64,000 nt of DNA. Origin: an uncultured virus (IMG/VR IMGVR_UViG_3300020357_000003) (taxonomy: Duplodnaviria > Heunggongvirae > Uroviricota > Caudoviricetes). Both the position numbers and the translations under genes were made by a program. Position 1 is the first letter of the stretch; every line of letters begins with the position of its first letter. Below the pieces are notes generated by a model, which worked only from the letters and a program-made list of their open reading frames with translations, searched no databases and had not been told where the DNA came from. Location: IMG/VR virus record IMGVR_UViG_3300020357_000003; one strand, 5' to 3'. Positions 1 to 9,865 of the stretch are shown here, piece after piece.

Positions 1-1635
1 ATAGATAAATCACAAACACTGGATACAATGTATATCAATAGAAACATTCCAGAAGTTGCTGATATATCCGGGATTATGTCTACGACCAATCAACGACATA
101 TGGGAACCTCATTAACTGAGATACTATTACAGAATCCTGCTTATGTACATCCTGCAACAGGTAAACCTGATTTTGCGTTGATTAAATCTAAGATTGATTC
201 GTTTAAAAAGTTTAGTGGTAATTTAGCTAAGAACTTAGGTTTTGATGAGAGGTTTGCTTTTACCCCAATTAGAGATCAAAATAATAGGATTACAGACTAT
301 CGTATAATGATGAATCACTCCGATGTAAAAGAACTTTTACGTCCTGATTTAGAAATTCAAAATGTGTTAGCACATATGGAATCAGGATACGCTGATCGTT
401 CTAACACAATTAAAAATGATATGGATACAATTGATCTTCTCATTCATGAACAAGAGGATCTATATGGTAAACATCCAGAGCAATTTGTAGATTTCTTAGA
501 TCCAGATTCTAAATACATTGATAGATTTAGAAAACTTCCTAAAGCTATTAGAACTTATATACAAGAATATGCCGTAAACGGAACATTTATGGTTAGGGAA
601 GATATTATTGATAAAGTATTTGGATATAGGCAACTTGATATTACTCAAATGAAAGTGTTTGAAGGAGATAGTTGGCTTGCTCAAGTAAGTAAACAAATAG
701 CTGGATTAATGCATTACGCACTTAGACAAACAGTAGGTTATGGTAAAAGTCGGATAGTACTAACCATGCCTGCTGTAGTATTTGGAAATCTACGTTCTAA
801 TGTTTTTCAACTATTGATGCGTAAAATTCCTCTTTCTTTTATCTTTAAGAAAACTATTGAGGGGATTAATGAATATATAAAATATAAAGATCATAATATT
901 CAACATGCTCAACTAATGCACACTATCGAAACTAAAGGCTTGGATAGAGTTAATAGCCCAGAAGCTTTTAAAGCACGTAGATTAATGGATAGAATTCAAC
1001 GTAATAAACTCCATAGAATGAGTGAAGCTGGTTTAAATTCATTAATTGTTGAGGATGTAAATGAAGCACAGATTGATGGTTATTGGAATCGTATGAAACG
1101 TACTATTTTTAAAGGAAAATTTAAAAAGGTTGGTGATAGAATTCCACAAAGCTTACAAACTATCGCATCATGGGCATTCATGACTAAGGGTAGTGCTCCT
1201 TTACAAGCAGCTAGACAATTAGTTCAGATGACTGACTTTATGGGCAGGTATGTAATGATGGAACATGCTATGCATGTTAAAGGACAAGATTTTAGCACGG
1301 CAATGCATGATGCACTTACCGCTTTTGTATTGTTTGATGAAGCGTTGATTCCTGTACTGGAAGCTCTTGACGTTATCGGAGCTACTGCATTCCTTTCGTA
1401 CTACTTACGTAATACTAGAGCATCTAGACAATTACTAAAAACTAGTCCTACAGCTGTAGGTGTTTCTGCTGTAATCCAGGAGATTACAGGAGTACCTACT
1501 TTAGCTAATATAAATAGCTCTTGGCTAGGTGGTCAATTTTCACCTAATGTATTTCAGACTTTTAATTTAGTTGACGAAGCTGATAATGTAACTGGGTATG
1601 AAACTATTATGGATGTAGCTAAGTGGGTAAATTAG
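1..1635 (+). CDS. C-terminal part of N4-type virion RNA polymerase (gp50-like), 5'-truncated
   Basis: Frame open from base 1. C-terminal segment (QMTDFMGRYVMMEH...AFVLFD...YYLRNTR) resembles the N4 vRNAP C-terminus as recalled. Converges on the replication block as in N4. Confidence 0.75.
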   Translation: MDKSQTLDTMYINRNIPEVADISGIMSTTNQRHMGTSLTEILLQNPAYVHPATGKPDFALIKSKIDSFKKFSGNLAKNLGFDERFAFTPIRDQNNRITDYRIMMNHSDVKELLRPDLEIQNVLAHMESGYADRSNTIKNDMDTIDLLIHEQEDLYGKHPEQFVDFLDPDSKYIDRFRKLPKAIRTYIQEYAVNGTFMVREDIIDKVFGYRQLDITQMKVFEGDSWLAQVSKQIAGLMHYALRQTVGYGKSRIVLTMPAVVFGNLRSNVFQLLMRKIPLSFIFKKTIEGINEYIKYKDHNIQHAQLMHTIETKGLDRVNSPEAFKARRLMDRIQRNKLHRMSEAGLNSLIVEDVNEAQIDGYWNRMKRTIFKGKFKKVGDRIPQSLQTIASWAFMTKGSAPLQAARQLVQMTDFMGRYVMMEHAMHVKGQDFSTAMHDALTAFVLFDEALIPVLEALDVIGATAFLSYYLRNTRASRQLLKTSPTAVGVSAVIQEITGVPTLANINSSWLGGQFSPNVFQTFNLVDEADNVTGYETIMDVAKWVN

Positions 1636-1796
1636 AATCTAGAATCTTCTTCTGGCGGTTCCCACAATAATACTCTAATAACAAAGTACAGTACTATTCC
1701 TCCTATTACTACTATAGCTACTGGTAATAATAGGAGACTAGCAAGTAAAACTATAACAGCTACTATCGTATATAAAATACTTTTTAAGTGCGTCAT
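1632..1796 (-). CDS. 54-aa membrane protein (not in ORF track)
   Basis: MTHLKSILYTIVAVIVLLASLLLLPVAIVVIGGIVLYFVIRVLLWEPPEEDSRF; ATGA overlap with the upstream stop. Confidence 0.7.
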   Translation of the reverse strand: MTHLKSILYTIVAVIVLLASLLLLPVAIVVIGGIVLYFVIRVLLWEPPEEDSRF

Positions 1797-2263
1797 GAGA
1801 ACAGGGAATCTAACTTAGTTAGATCTTCCGTTTTTGGAATTTCTGTGTCTATGACTTTTTCACCGCTTTCGGGTGCTTTGTCTAGTCGCTCTGCTTCTAG
1901 TTCTTTAGATGCTGCAGCTAAACCCTCTTCTGCTAATTTTTGAATCCGATCTTTCCTGATAGTATCTTCTTTTACTTTTGTTTCAATAGAGTCCTCAATA
2001 GAAACTTTTCCTTTAACTGCCCCCTTTTCTTCTGGAGTTAGTCTACGTCCAAGTCTCCTTTCTTCTTCATGTAATGCCATTTCTTCGGGAGATCTACGTC
2101 TTCCATTTCTACGGCCATACTCCCATTTAGATCTACTATTAGTAGGAGCTTCTACGGGTATAGAAACTCCTTCTTCAATTAGTGAATTTAAACCAGCTGA
2201 TTGTTTTTTCTTTAGTGCTTCTCTTACTATAGATTCAATATCTATATCTATTTCTATTTTCAT
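1793..2263 (-). CDS. hypothetical charged protein
   Basis: 156-aa ORF, GGAGG RBS, tightly packed operon. Confidence 0.7.
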   Translation of the reverse strand: MKIEIDIDIESIVREALKKKQSAGLNSLIEEGVSIPVEAPTNSRSKWEYGRRNGRRRSPEEMALHEEERRLGRRLTPEEKGAVKGKVSIEDSIETKVKEDTIRKDRIQKLAEEGLAAASKELEAERLDKAPESGEKVIDTEIPKTEDLTKLDSLFS

Positions 2264-2272
2264 TCTTCCTCC

Positions 2273-2857
2273 TTAATCATGAGATCCGAATTCAACCCAT
2301 CCTGTTATAATATACTTTGTTCCTGATAACGGTGGGTTGCCTCGATGTACATGTGTGTATGTTGCTGGAAATAAAATAAATCTGTTTTTTATAGCTTTGA
2401 TTCTTACACTTTGGTGTAAAAATTCCGTTTCTCCTCCTTCTTCTACATCATTTAAAAATAATGAAAAGACTACGAACCTATCACGAGTTGCTGCTGACAT
2501 CATTTCAGTATGCCATGCATGATAGCCTTGGCCTTTTTCAGTTTTTTGAATCTTTAAATCAAAAATTGCATGTTTTTGAAATTGTTTAATAATCGGATAT
2601 GCCTCAACATATTGTGGATAACAGTCATTCCAAAATACTTTATGAAAATCAACAATTCCTAGTGAGCTAATATCCAAATCATTTCCATATAAACTCGTTA
2701 CGAGACTTTGATGTTGATCTTGTACAAATTCAAGTGTGTTTCGATCAATCATTTTTAGCTTATCGAAATACTGGATATAATTATCACAAAGCTGATCTGA
2801 AAAATAATTATCAAATATTCCTATATGATTTTTTATAGTAAATGATTTTTCTTTCAT
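2273..2857 (-). CDS. 2OG-Fe(II) oxygenase, prolyl-hydroxylase-like
   Basis: WHTE...FLNDVEEGGETEF...HVHRGNPP...KYIITGW. Confidence 0.85.
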   Translation of the reverse strand: MKEKSFTIKNHIGIFDNYFSDQLCDNYIQYFDKLKMIDRNTLEFVQDQHQSLVTSLYGNDLDISSLGIVDFHKVFWNDCYPQYVEAYPIIKQFQKHAIFDLKIQKTEKGQGYHAWHTEMMSAATRDRFVVFSLFLNDVEEGGETEFLHQSVRIKAIKNRFILFPATYTHVHRGNPPLSGTKYIITGWVEFGSHD

Positions 2858-3327
2858 AATCGTCTATGTCTTAATCCATAATAGGCAATCATTAATGCAT
2901 CGGCTCTGCCATCTAATAGACCACCTCTCTTACCATATAGTTCAGCGTTAGGGTATAAGCCTTTAGCTATCTTAGCTACGTCTTTTTTGATAGCTTTACC
3001 TTTGACAGTTACTCCTATGTATTTTTGCCATATTTTAGGTGTAACTGTTCTCGGAAAAGTTCCTGTAAGTAACTCTCCAATCGTAAGTACGGTTCCAAAA
3101 TTTCTACCAAATCCAAAATTAGATTTAGCTGACATACCATACATAGAATGTACGTCTTCTACCCATACTCTACATTTCTTTTCTACTAATTTTAGGTCAT
3201 TTAGCCAGTGCCATATGTACCAAACTTCATTATTCTTTAAATTAAGTAGAGCAACGCTGTCTGGATTCGCAGAATCCAGTACAGCGATTGCTCCATTAGT
3301 ACCTGGGTCTATCCCTACAACTAACAT
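2854..3327 (-). CDS. RuvC-like Holliday junction resolvase
   Basis: VGIDPG, VWVEDV, F-FG, VTPKIWQK, DGRADALMIA. Confidence 0.85.
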   Translation of the reverse strand: MLVVGIDPGTNGAIAVLDSANPDSVALLNLKNNEVWYIWHWLNDLKLVEKKCRVWVEDVHSMYGMSAKSNFGFGRNFGTVLTIGELLTGTFPRTVTPKIWQKYIGVTVKGKAIKKDVAKIAKGLYPNAELYGKRGGLLDGRADALMIAYYGLRHRRL

Positions 3328-4058
3328 CAGTTAGCAAATAGTGAATCTGCTGGGTCTGTGGGTGTACTACCCATAATACTTGCAGCAGAATTACTACCTT
3401 TAGGCGTATTAGTTGCTTTATTAATAACTGAGCCTGTATTCTTTTCAGCCCATTTATCAAACTTAACTGCTTCAGTCTTATTAATAATTTCTTCAGCAGT
3501 TTTGCCATCTTTGTTACCAAAGAACTTGCATTCATTTACAGTCCGGGTCTGTCCACTTGGTTCATATTTTCCAGTAGACTCATTCTTCACTTGCCTATTT
3601 TCTATAACTTGATGAACAGCTACTTTAACTGGCTTATTAACTAGCCCCATTAGTACTGGTCGTTCGGCAGGTGCCTCCTGTTTTTTCTCCGAGTCCCAAA
3701 CTTTAACAGTCTTTTTCTCAGCAGAATCCATGCATTTTGCTAATGGATCTCCTGAAACTGCTACGCACATAGAATTAGCAATTGAGTATCCTGGAAGTGG
3801 ATAATCTTTACCATCTTTTGTGTAGTAGGTTTTGTTCCCTTTAGCTTTTCCTGATTTAATCCAGAAGGCTTCTCTTAGCTCCTTACCTTCTGAATTTTCC
3901 AGAATAATATTAAAACTTACGGCTTCAGATGCAGACTGATTAAGATAAACCATTTTAACAGTTGCATCATATACACCAGATTCCCATGCAAATCCGCCTC
4001 CACCTACACGTTCTATGGATTGCGTTTCCACATTTTTTGGTAGTTCCCATTCACTCAT
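3327..4058 (-). CDS. ssb: single-stranded DNA-binding protein (N4 gp45-like)
   Basis: ESGVYDATVKMVY, YYTKDGKDYPLPGY, SLF C-terminal tail; N4 synteny. Confidence 0.8.
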   Translation of the reverse strand: MSEWELPKNVETQSIERVGGGGFAWESGVYDATVKMVYLNQSASEAVSFNIILENSEGKELREAFWIKSGKAKGNKTYYTKDGKDYPLPGYSIANSMCVAVSGDPLAKCMDSAEKKTVKVWDSEKKQEAPAERPVLMGLVNKPVKVAVHQVIENRQVKNESTGKYEPSGQTRTVNECKFFGNKDGKTAEEIINKTEAVKFDKWAEKNTGSVINKATNTPKGSNSAASIMGSTPTDPADSLFAN

Positions 4059-4120
4059 AATTTATGTCCTTAGTTTAAAGTGATTGATTGAGCTTATGCT
4101 CCCTTCTTAAAACACCATGG

Positions 4121-4360
4121 CTAGTGGCGATTCTTTAATTCTTCTTGTTTTTCTAGGTATTCGTCTAGTACTTTTGTAAACTCTTTAACAGACATACCTG
4201 GTTTTCTATTTAGAGTTTCTGCGGCAATTTCTTGTACTACTCCAATTCCCATTTTAGTAGCTACATAAACCATATCATCTATTAATTTGATTCTTGACGC
4301 ATCTATAGTAATGGTATCTCGTTTATTGTCTATAATTGTGTCATTTCCTGGATGGCTCAT
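4121..4360 (-). CDS. hypothetical protein
   Basis: 79-aa ORF with AGGAG RBS. Confidence 0.6.
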   Translation of the reverse strand: MSHPGNDTIIDNKRDTITIDASRIKLIDDMVYVATKMGIGVVQEIAAETLNRKPGMSVKEFTKVLDEYLEKQEELKNRH

Positions 4361-4368
4361 AGTTCTCC

Positions 4369-5103
4369 TTATTTGTAATGTTCATGAAGTTTATTAATTA
4401 CATTTTGTAAATTATTATCTATATATGTTTCTTTTGTAGTCCACATATCTCTAGGAGATCGGATCCGTTCATGTATTGAGTCTTTAGTTATTCTAGTTTG
4501 AAATACATATTTAAATCCTAAGTCTTTCTCTTCATCAGTAACTTTATATAATGGAGAGTTAGCATTCTTATCATCTAACTTTTCTAAAGATAGTTTCTTT
4601 GTGGATATAACCGTAGTAAAGAAACTTTCTATACCGATATTTTTTAAAGCCCCTTTAACCATAACTTTGGTTTCGGTAACGTGTTCGGCTTCGTTTAACA
4701 CATCTGAACTGTGTGCTAGAAATACTACATTTTTAGTAGACTTAGCTACTATTTGAGACATTAATATTCTCATATACTGATAGTAATCTCCCCATGACTG
4801 TTGCCTATTTGTAGATGGTACTATTTTAGTACTTTCATACATATCCATAAGATACGTAAGACTATCAATTACTATCGTATGTATGTTTTTTAACTTTTCA
4901 TTTTTTTCCGCTTCTTTAAAAGCTTCATATACTTGAGCGGGATCAGTAACAATGTATTCTTTAAATTTGCTTTTAAATGGTAACTTTTTTCCATTTTCAC
5001 AATTTAAATACATAACTCCTTCAGGTTTATCTAAGTCTATCAAGCTAGCACTTTTGCCTGAAGCAGATTTGCCTGATACTAGTAATAAATGGTTATTAAT
5101 CAT
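4369..5103 (-). CDS. AAA_24/Sak4-like ATPase (N4 gp44-like)
   Basis: Walker A GKSASGKS, Walker B IVIDSLT; synteny. Confidence 0.85.
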   Translation of the reverse strand: MINNHLLLVSGKSASGKSASLIDLDKPEGVMYLNCENGKKLPFKSKFKEYIVTDPAQVYEAFKEAEKNEKLKNIHTIVIDSLTYLMDMYESTKIVPSTNRQQSWGDYYQYMRILMSQIVAKSTKNVVFLAHSSDVLNEAEHVTETKVMVKGALKNIGIESFFTTVISTKKLSLEKLDDKNANSPLYKVTDEEKDLGFKYVFQTRITKDSIHERIRSPRDMWTTKETYIDNNLQNVINKLHEHYK

Positions 5104-5723
5104 TTTTTCTCCTTCTCTTCAAGTAAGACTCGTTTAAGTACTTCTAATGCTGCTATACCATCTTTGCCTCCTAGTGGTAAGCTTTTATTATTCTGTTGTA
5201 TATGTTGTAATTGTGCTTGAAATGTAGACGGTCGGCTCATAATTTCCCGTCCTTTTAGATTTAACAATAAAGCGTCACGTTTCTTTTTATCAGTTGGAGA
5301 TAATTCTGTAGAGCTTACGCAATTCTTAATCATATGAGCATCTTTTCGCTCATTAGTATTACTTTTATCTCTATTTCTTTCGCCCTTAACTATCATTTCT
5401 GCACTAGTTAGTCTTCGTAAGCCCACATTCTTAACAGCAGTAAGCAGTATACTGTGTTGTGCAAAACAATATTTTCTAGCTTCTTCTAAATATTTTTTCT
5501 TATTACCGGGTTTACTACCTCGTGTGTCCCCACCTGCTAATGTATCTATTACTGCTCTATCCCATACTCTATGTGGGAATCGCTTTGCATCTTCGGCTGA
5601 AATAGGTTTAAGATTCTGAATATGACTTATTAATGCCTGTGTTTGTGGTGCATGTAATATACTAGGCATTCTAGTTATTACTTCTACTTTAGGTTCCTTC
5701 TTATTCTTATATTTTTTTCTCAT
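5100..5723 (-). CDS. hypothetical basic protein
   Basis: 207-aa ORF overlapping the next gene's start; no motif recognised. Confidence 0.6.
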   Translation of the reverse strand: MRKKYKNKKEPKVEVITRMPSILHAPQTQALISHIQNLKPISAEDAKRFPHRVWDRAVIDTLAGGDTRGSKPGNKKKYLEEARKYCFAQHSILLTAVKNVGLRRLTSAEMIVKGERNRDKSNTNERKDAHMIKNCVSSTELSPTDKKKRDALLLNLKGREIMSRPSTFQAQLQHIQQNNKSLPLGGKDGIAALEVLKRVLLEEKEKK

Positions 5724-5745
5724 TTTTGTGCCCCTTCGGTAAAGT

Positions 5746-7905
5746 TTAAATTGCCCTCCTTTTTGTGAATTCTTTAGAAATGGATTTAATTGTACTATTC
5801 CTAAATTGTTCTTCTGGTAAAGGATTATCTAATCTACTATTAAATGCTTCTAACTTTTCTACGATATCTCCTAATGGTAATTTTGCATCAATGAGTACCA
5901 TTCCGTATCTATACAAGTGATTAGCTCTATTGCCTGTTGAGGTATGATTGTAAAACCATCTCTCAATATTATTAACCCCATCTGTTGTAATTTGAGCCCT
6001 TGTTTCATCGGCTCTTTTAGTTTCTGGGATAAACATTGTGGCGTCAAGAACGCTTCCTTGGTTATATTCATAAACTCCAGGAAAAGAAGCCCATTTTCTA
6101 GCTATGTCTTTGGCTCCTTCATCAACTGGAAAAGGTAACCATTCAAACACATTTATCATAAATTTAGAGTAGTCCCCTGGAGACAATTTAAGCCTGTGAG
6201 ACAAGGGTAAAATAAGTCTAAATCTATTTATTTCAGATGTATGTCTCTTAGTTGTTGACATTAGAAATGTATAATCTTCCAACAACACCTTAACCGTAGA
6301 CATAGAAACATCCCCATCACAATCCAGAATAAGTAAATCAAATCCTGCTATGACATTTTCAGTAGTTCTATGTCCATTTACAAATCCATGAGCAGCATAA
6401 TGATAGCCATCTGCTGTAGTCAATTTATGTAATAAGTCAAATGGCGGATAGTCTGTTTTGTAGTTATAAGCTAATTCTTTACTAATACTTACTGTCAATT
6501 TATTAAGATCTGTCTCGGCTAGAGTTTCGCCAATAAAGAACTCAATTTCGTCTAATGTTCGCTTTTTGATTATGATATTATTCCTATATCCAAAGGATGT
6601 AGCCAATGTCATTAGGTCTTTCCTCTGTAGCTCTGTGCCTTTATAAAATGGCAATTCTTCCATTAATTCATGCTGAGTTACCTCATTATCACAATCAGCT
6701 AAATAATGAGCTAAACGCTCATATGAGCCTTGTTTTCGCATTAATGTATGAAAGGCTTCTCCAGAGTCTTCAACTAGGCTAATAGCATAATCTAAGTGAT
6801 CTTGAGTAATTTCCGTACTATTGTCGGTAAACGCATATGCTCCAGCTAGTTTGTTAGCTTTGTAATACCGATGTATCATTTCAGCCTTATGGATGGCCAT
6901 ATGATCTTTCATATCGTCTGCGAGTTCTTCGCATTTCATTTGATATTCAATTAGATAGATCGAATTTTCTTCAGACATGCGTAAAATAGGATTAAAAGGC
7001 CTTTTTGCAAAATCTGTAAAGGTTCTTTGTATATCTAGCATTTCTTTCGCTAAATTTTCGTCTACCATCATTTTATACCGTTCTTGTGCAGATGCGTACT
7101 TAGTCCTATGATTATCTATAGTGTATCCGTACAGTAATCTACGACCGTATCCTGTTTCTAAGAATTGTTTAAATTCTTCTTCTATTCGTCCACCATCTAA
7201 TAATTTAGTAGGTGTACCAAACATCATTAGATTAGTAGGTGTATTACCAGGTAATTCCTCTGATCTAATATTCTCACTCGTATTTTTTGTGAGTTTTTGT
7301 TTAACTAGTCCTACATCGTATAACTCTAAAAATACATTTAATACATCTACATTTGCAGACAAGTTTGATCCAACTTCGTCTAGTTCTAGATTCATGGATC
7401 CTGCTGAAGCAAGTAATAATTTTTCTCGCATTTGTTTAACAGCTGGAGAAGTTCCGCTATCAAAGCTAAATGCCAATTCTCCTAATCTTTCAAAGTGGGC
7501 TTGAAATTTAGCTAATTGCGTATTGTATTCTTCTTCTAGTGGAACTAAACTTTGTCCAGTATTAATTCGCCATTCCGCTCTTTCTTGAGCTAATGTCTGC
7601 ATATTTTCTTCGGCTTTTCTAGGAAAAATAGTATTTAGGAATTCTTTTTTAAAATGTGCTACGAATTCACGTTCTAGAATATTAGTTGAATGCCCTTTAC
7701 CTGTTCCTGATACCATTAAGTTTAATACATAAGTGTTAACTGGAATGACGTCTCGGTCATTTGTTAAAATATTACATCTCATCATTGATGCTACTTTGGA
7801 TAAATAATAAGCTGTTAATACTCTAAAGAAATGACGGTTATCATTATTAACTTTTCGAGCTAAGATATTGACTATTTTTTCGGAAAACGGATGATATTTT
7901 TTCAT
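5746..7905 (-). CDS. DNA primase (N4 gp43-like)
   Basis: SGTGKG P-loop, C-terminal LILDCD...STTKRH...RFRLILP prim-pol motifs, GNRAN; synteny. Confidence 0.85.
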   Translation of the reverse strand: MKKYHPFSEKIVNILARKVNNDNRHFFRVLTAYYLSKVASMMRCNILTNDRDVIPVNTYVLNLMVSGTGKGHSTNILEREFVAHFKKEFLNTIFPRKAEENMQTLAQERAEWRINTGQSLVPLEEEYNTQLAKFQAHFERLGELAFSFDSGTSPAVKQMREKLLLASAGSMNLELDEVGSNLSANVDVLNVFLELYDVGLVKQKLTKNTSENIRSEELPGNTPTNLMMFGTPTKLLDGGRIEEEFKQFLETGYGRRLLYGYTIDNHRTKYASAQERYKMMVDENLAKEMLDIQRTFTDFAKRPFNPILRMSEENSIYLIEYQMKCEELADDMKDHMAIHKAEMIHRYYKANKLAGAYAFTDNSTEITQDHLDYAISLVEDSGEAFHTLMRKQGSYERLAHYLADCDNEVTQHELMEELPFYKGTELQRKDLMTLATSFGYRNNIIIKKRTLDEIEFFIGETLAETDLNKLTVSISKELAYNYKTDYPPFDLLHKLTTADGYHYAAHGFVNGHRTTENVIAGFDLLILDCDGDVSMSTVKVLLEDYTFLMSTTKRHTSEINRFRLILPLSHRLKLSPGDYSKFMINVFEWLPFPVDEGAKDIARKWASFPGVYEYNQGSVLDATMFIPETKRADETRAQITTDGVNNIERWFYNHTSTGNRANHLYRYGMVLIDAKLPLGDIVEKLEAFNSRLDNPLPEEQFRNSTIKSISKEFTKRRAI

Positions 7906-8225
7906 TCATGTTTTCCTTTCCCCTTAGCAATTGCATCTCTACTGCACATCTGAGCGATAGAGAAATAATTTCTACCATCTGGATAATTATCGAGTGTAGA
8001 CGGATTCCAAACAGATCTAACCATTTTTAACGCTGCCATCTTTAATGCATATAGGTGAGCTTTATTTTCCCAAGGAGATTCTTTTGCGTAATTATCTAAG
8101 GCTGTACATATTTTTGCCCAAGTATTAAAACAATCTAAAGGTGGCCCATATTTTTCTTCTCTATTTTTTATTATCTGGTCGTCTGTCATTTCATTATCTT
8201 TCATCTTTAGTCTCCTTGAAATCAA
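7902..8225 (-). CDS. DUF6378-like small phage protein
   Basis: REEKYG..LDCF...LKMVR...DNYPDGRNY pattern. Confidence 0.55.
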   Translation of the reverse strand: MISRRLKMKDNEMTDDQIIKNREEKYGPPLDCFNTWAKICTALDNYAKESPWENKAHLYALKMAALKMVRSVWNPSTLDNYPDGRNYFSIAQMCSRDAIAKGKGKHE

Positions 8226-8379
8226 TATTTGCTACTGTTTCTGTTACTTCTTCTAAAAAATGAATAGCTACTGAGAGTTGTACATCTTCTTCTTCAGCAG
8301 CTTCTACATCTCTTTCTTGTAAATTTTGTAAGTAGCTTTTTACATATTCTAATTGTTGTTGATTACTTAGTGGCATCAC
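8194..8379 (-). CDS. hypothetical acidic protein
   Basis: GGAGGT RBS, packed operon. Confidence 0.55.
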   Translation of the reverse strand: MMPLSNQQQLEYVKSYLQNLQERDVEAAEEEDVQLSVAIHFLEEVTETVANIDFKETKDER

Positions 8380-8825
8380 CTACCTCCTTTCTTCCAATAA
8401 CCATAGACGCACCTTGTTCCGTTTCTCGATGGATCACAAAGATCATTAATAACTCCATTAATCATTGTTGTGTAATGTTTGGAGACAGCAACAATGAGTC
8501 TGCCTTTTGGCAACTCATCAGGTTTGAGGTGTACTTTGCAACCAGACCCAATCTGCATTGTTGGAGTCCACTTAAAACCTATTGAAGCCATATAGTCCTT
8601 GAACCATTTTCGGCTCGTACTTATGCCATTTCTAGCGGTTCGGGTACGCTTCTTTGTATCATGCTTAGATTTGCGTTGAGTAGAATTACCATGTGCCATA
8701 GCTTCATAGACCTCTTGGTATGGTAACTCACTTGCGATTGCGATTGCCCTGGTAACACAATCGCCAGCCGTTCCTTTGTAGCCAGATTGTTTTCGTCCTC
8801 CATCGTTGTAAACAAATTTCATCAC
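8376..8825 (-). CDS. hypothetical protein, possible Cys-His (papain-like) fold
   Basis: GDCVTRAIAIA...SKHYTTMING; GAGGAGG RBS. Confidence 0.55.
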   Translation of the reverse strand: MMKFVYNDGGRKQSGYKGTAGDCVTRAIAIASELPYQEVYEAMAHGNSTQRKSKHDTKKRTRTARNGISTSRKWFKDYMASIGFKWTPTMQIGSGCKVHLKPDELPKGRLIVAVSKHYTTMINGVINDLCDPSRNGTRCVYGYWKKGGR

Positions 8826-9020
8826 TCACCTCCTCTTATATGATTTAATATTAGCTATATCTGCATCAGCTAATTCAATTCCATATTCTTCATAAAAATT
8901 TTCTTTAACTTGTTTGATTAAATCTTCTTTTGATGTCGCCAAAAGACCATCGCAAGTAAAAAATTCACCCATCCAATTTAGTTGTATTTCATATGAATAT
9001 TCTTTCTGTTTACCTGCCAT
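8826..9020 (-). CDS. hypothetical protein
   Basis: GAGGAGG RBS. Confidence 0.6.
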   Translation of the reverse strand: MAGKQKEYSYEIQLNWMGEFFTCDGLLATSKEDLIKQVKENFYEEYGIELADADIANIKSYKRR

Positions 9021-9471
9021 TACTCACCTCCTCTTCCTTTATTTCTTTAGTAACTAAAGTTACTTGATTGACATTAGATACAACATCGGCAATAGCATTT
9101 TTACTAGCTGTATCTTGTTTCGAAATCCAGACAGGGGAATTAATTGTAAAAGCATTTCCTATCTGAAAGGAACTATTTTTAATAATTGATTCACACATTG
9201 TAAGAAATTCTGCAACAGTTATCGGAGTACTTAAAGGTTCAAATGCCAAATCTTCTGAATATCCATGATAGCTATGAGGATTAGCTGGGTATCTATCCTC
9301 ATACCCATGGTAGACGGAAGAAATAATAACTGGTAAACCAGTTCTTTCTTTCCTTAACGCTTTTATTAAACTACCCAACGTCATTTGATATTCTGCTCTA
9401 TGTTTCTTTCTTTCAGGAATAACACCTTTTGTTATTTCTTTGATTTCATTATCAATCTCGTCTTTATCCAT
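9010..9471 (-). CDS. hypothetical protein (start revised to MDKDEID)
   Basis: AGGAG RBS before ATG at 9471; the longer start would overlap the tRNA; HSYHGYSEDLAFEP motif. Confidence 0.65.
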   Translation of the reverse strand: MDKDEIDNEIKEITKGVIPERKKHRAEYQMTLGSLIKALRKERTGLPVIISSVYHGYEDRYPANPHSYHGYSEDLAFEPLSTPITVAEFLTMCESIIKNSSFQIGNAFTINSPVWISKQDTASKNAIADVVSNVNQVTLVTKEIKEEEVSNGR

Positions 9472-9491
9472 AGCAATTCTCCTATAAAGTA

Positions 9492-9565
9492 TGCCCTTGG
9501 GAGGGATCGAACCTCCACGCACCGATTCTACGACTCAGTTGCTCTGCCATTTGAGCTACAAGGGC
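9492..9565 (-). tRNA. tRNA-like gene (Thr-like body) with 9-nt anticodon loop
   Basis: GCCCTTG-TA-GCTC AAATGGCA GAGC-A-ACTGA GTCGTAGAA TCGGT-GCGT-GGAGG TTCGATC CCTCC-CAAGGGC-A; all four stems pair; no encoded CCA. Confidence 0.85.
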
Positions 9566-9572
9566 AGATTAA

Positions 9573-9806
9573 CTAACTCTCTGATCGACCTAGGCCATAT
9601 TTTTGTTGTATTATTCTACGAGCTTTTTCAGGTAAGTGATTCGGCTTGGGTTCTAACTTATCAGGACACTCAAATACTTCGTTAAATAACTTGTCTACTT
9701 CTTTTACATACTCTTTTTGTGATAAATTCTTAATAGTTATATCTGAAACTAATCTTTTAAATCTCATAATTTCGATCATAGCCTCACCTCTAAAATTAAG
9801 ACGCAC
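9573..9806 (-). CDS. hypothetical protein (start probably 9779)
   Basis: GAGGTG RBS before MIEIMRF. Confidence 0.55.
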   Translation of the reverse strand: MRLNFRGEAMIEIMRFKRLVSDITIKNLSQKEYVKEVDKLFNEVFECPDKLEPKPNHLPEKARRIIQQKYGLGRSES

Positions 9807-9865
9807 CTACGTCTGCGTAAGTGTTGGCACTAAACTTCATGGTTATGTATAGAACACTATCAAAG

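Noticed and set aside
5100..5723. Possible homing endonuclease between primase and ATPase
   Set aside because: No HNH, GIY-YIG or LAGLIDADG motif recognised
9492..9565. tRNA as an attP or prophage boundary
   Set aside because: No integrase, no duplicated tRNA 3' end, and phage genes on both sides
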